A stretch of DNA of 64,000 nucleotides, taken from assembly GCF_001194135.2 (NCBI RefSeq), contig NC_068986.1, forward strand, positions 41,436,425 through 41,500,424, given 5' to 3'. Of the stretch, positions 62,683 to 64,000 are shown piece after piece. The first letter of the stretch is position 1; each line of letters starts with the position of its first letter. The translations under genes were made by a program, and so were the position numbers. Origin of the DNA: Octopus bimaculoides. Taxonomy: Eukaryota. The notes under the pieces are model-generated. The model saw only the letters and a list, made by a program, of their open reading frames with translations, did no database searches and was not told the origin of the DNA.

Positions 62683-64000
62683 CTGAAATTTCAACAATAT
62701 ATTAAAACAGGGTCAACAGTTAGCCTTCTAATTAGTCTTAAGCCAGTTTTCTTTTCTTTTTTTTACTATTCGTAACCATTTTCCATTGAAGCAGAAGTGA
62801 CATAGCTTTTGCAAGTTTGGACATTTCAATACTGAGTACCACCCTACCCTACCATGAAAGAAAAATGGAAACTGGTCCCATCATAGTCTGCTTCAGAGAT
62901 TGCTAGATAGACTATCATGTTTAAAAGATATAATATAATAGGTGTAGGCAGAGTAAAGTTTGCTTCACTGTCACTGTGCTTATTTGAAATATAAGTTTAT
63001 AAAATTAAGAAACATTTTTTAAACTAGAGAAAAAAAAGTTTTTTTTTTTTAAATGAGTGGGGAGAGGGAATATAGAAATTAAATTTTAAGGTAATCAAAT
63101 GCAGTTTTAACATGGTATTTGTTATAATATAGAATGCTAATTATATATAAATTTTAATTACTAGTAAAATAATAAAAAAAATGAACATGAATACAATTAA
63201 AATCAATGTACATTTAGATGGAAAAAAAAATTGAGAAAGAAAACGATGAACAAAGAATATAAATCAAATCTATACTTTTTTTTAGTGAGGAGGAGGTCAG
63301 GTTCTACTATAATATTTGCAGTCATTTCTCATTCTTTAAGATAAGGTTAAATTTGGAGACAAGAAGTGACATGCAATCAGAAACATTCTAAAAGTATATC
63401 TATACAAATATATAGCATATTATATAACTGTGTTAATTGACTAGCAGATTTTAAAATTTTGTGTAGTGTGCGCATGTGTGTGTGTGTGTGTGTGTGTGAA
63501 AATATAACTTTGCAACTTAGATTTTTACGCGCACGCTGTCCTCCACACAATTCTTTATTGTCATCGCCAACAGATTCATTTTCCATGCTTGCATGCATTA
63601 AATGTTTTGTCAAGTCATATCTATTATTAAAAGCTAACCAATCTAGCAACAAGAAACACTATGTAAACAGAGCAAGTGTAAAAAATTACAGCTAGATAAA
63701 CAGCAATACCTATAAAGAAAAAAACTAAAAGAGAAACAAAACAAAACAAACAAAAATAACTAATGGTTAGATAGAGAATTTGTTTTGTGAAAAGTGACAG
63801 TTGGGTAACAAGTATGAAGTTTGCTTAGTGCAGAAGATGTTATAGTGCTGATAGAGCAAGCAAAGAAATGCCAAAAGAATCACAAAGCTATTGTGATTGC
63901 ATTTACCAATAAATGTAGAAAACATGCAAAATATTGCTGCAAAGCTGTGAACACTGTGCATCAGTAAATAATCATCAATAGCAATGAAATGTGGATAAAA

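Overview
AT-rich, repeat-dense eukaryotic genomic DNA with unresolved N-gaps (5729-6284, 24862-24902, 34215-34850, 56733-57529, and three 10-N joins). The SINE, Penelope, Helitron and microsatellite mix suggests an octopod cephalopod; this is inference, not a database result. All translations were done by hand. Genes: (1) the last two coding exons of DAZAP2 on the minus strand (62587-62682, 59645-59773); (2) an intact 165-aa single-Ig-domain type I membrane protein with a C-terminal PDZ-binding motif (27298-27795, +); (3) a multi-exon plus-strand gene absent from the ORF track (candidate exons 28.5-54.8 kb, product not recognised); (4) a candidate minus-strand exon at 19.3-19.6 kb. The rest is mobile DNA: two Helitrons, two decayed hAT transposases, Tc1/mariner elements, many MITEs, Penelope-like and RLE/RTE LINE fragments, and at least four SINE families. 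Most notable observations: a minimal type I hammerhead ribozyme with a U4C core variant (8226-8271); an 8-bp-TSD TIR element family carrying internal (TTAGGG)n; a Helitron bounded by two inverted 3' (CTAG) termini; a duplicated CCAAT + RFX X-box module; and the orphan Ig receptor.
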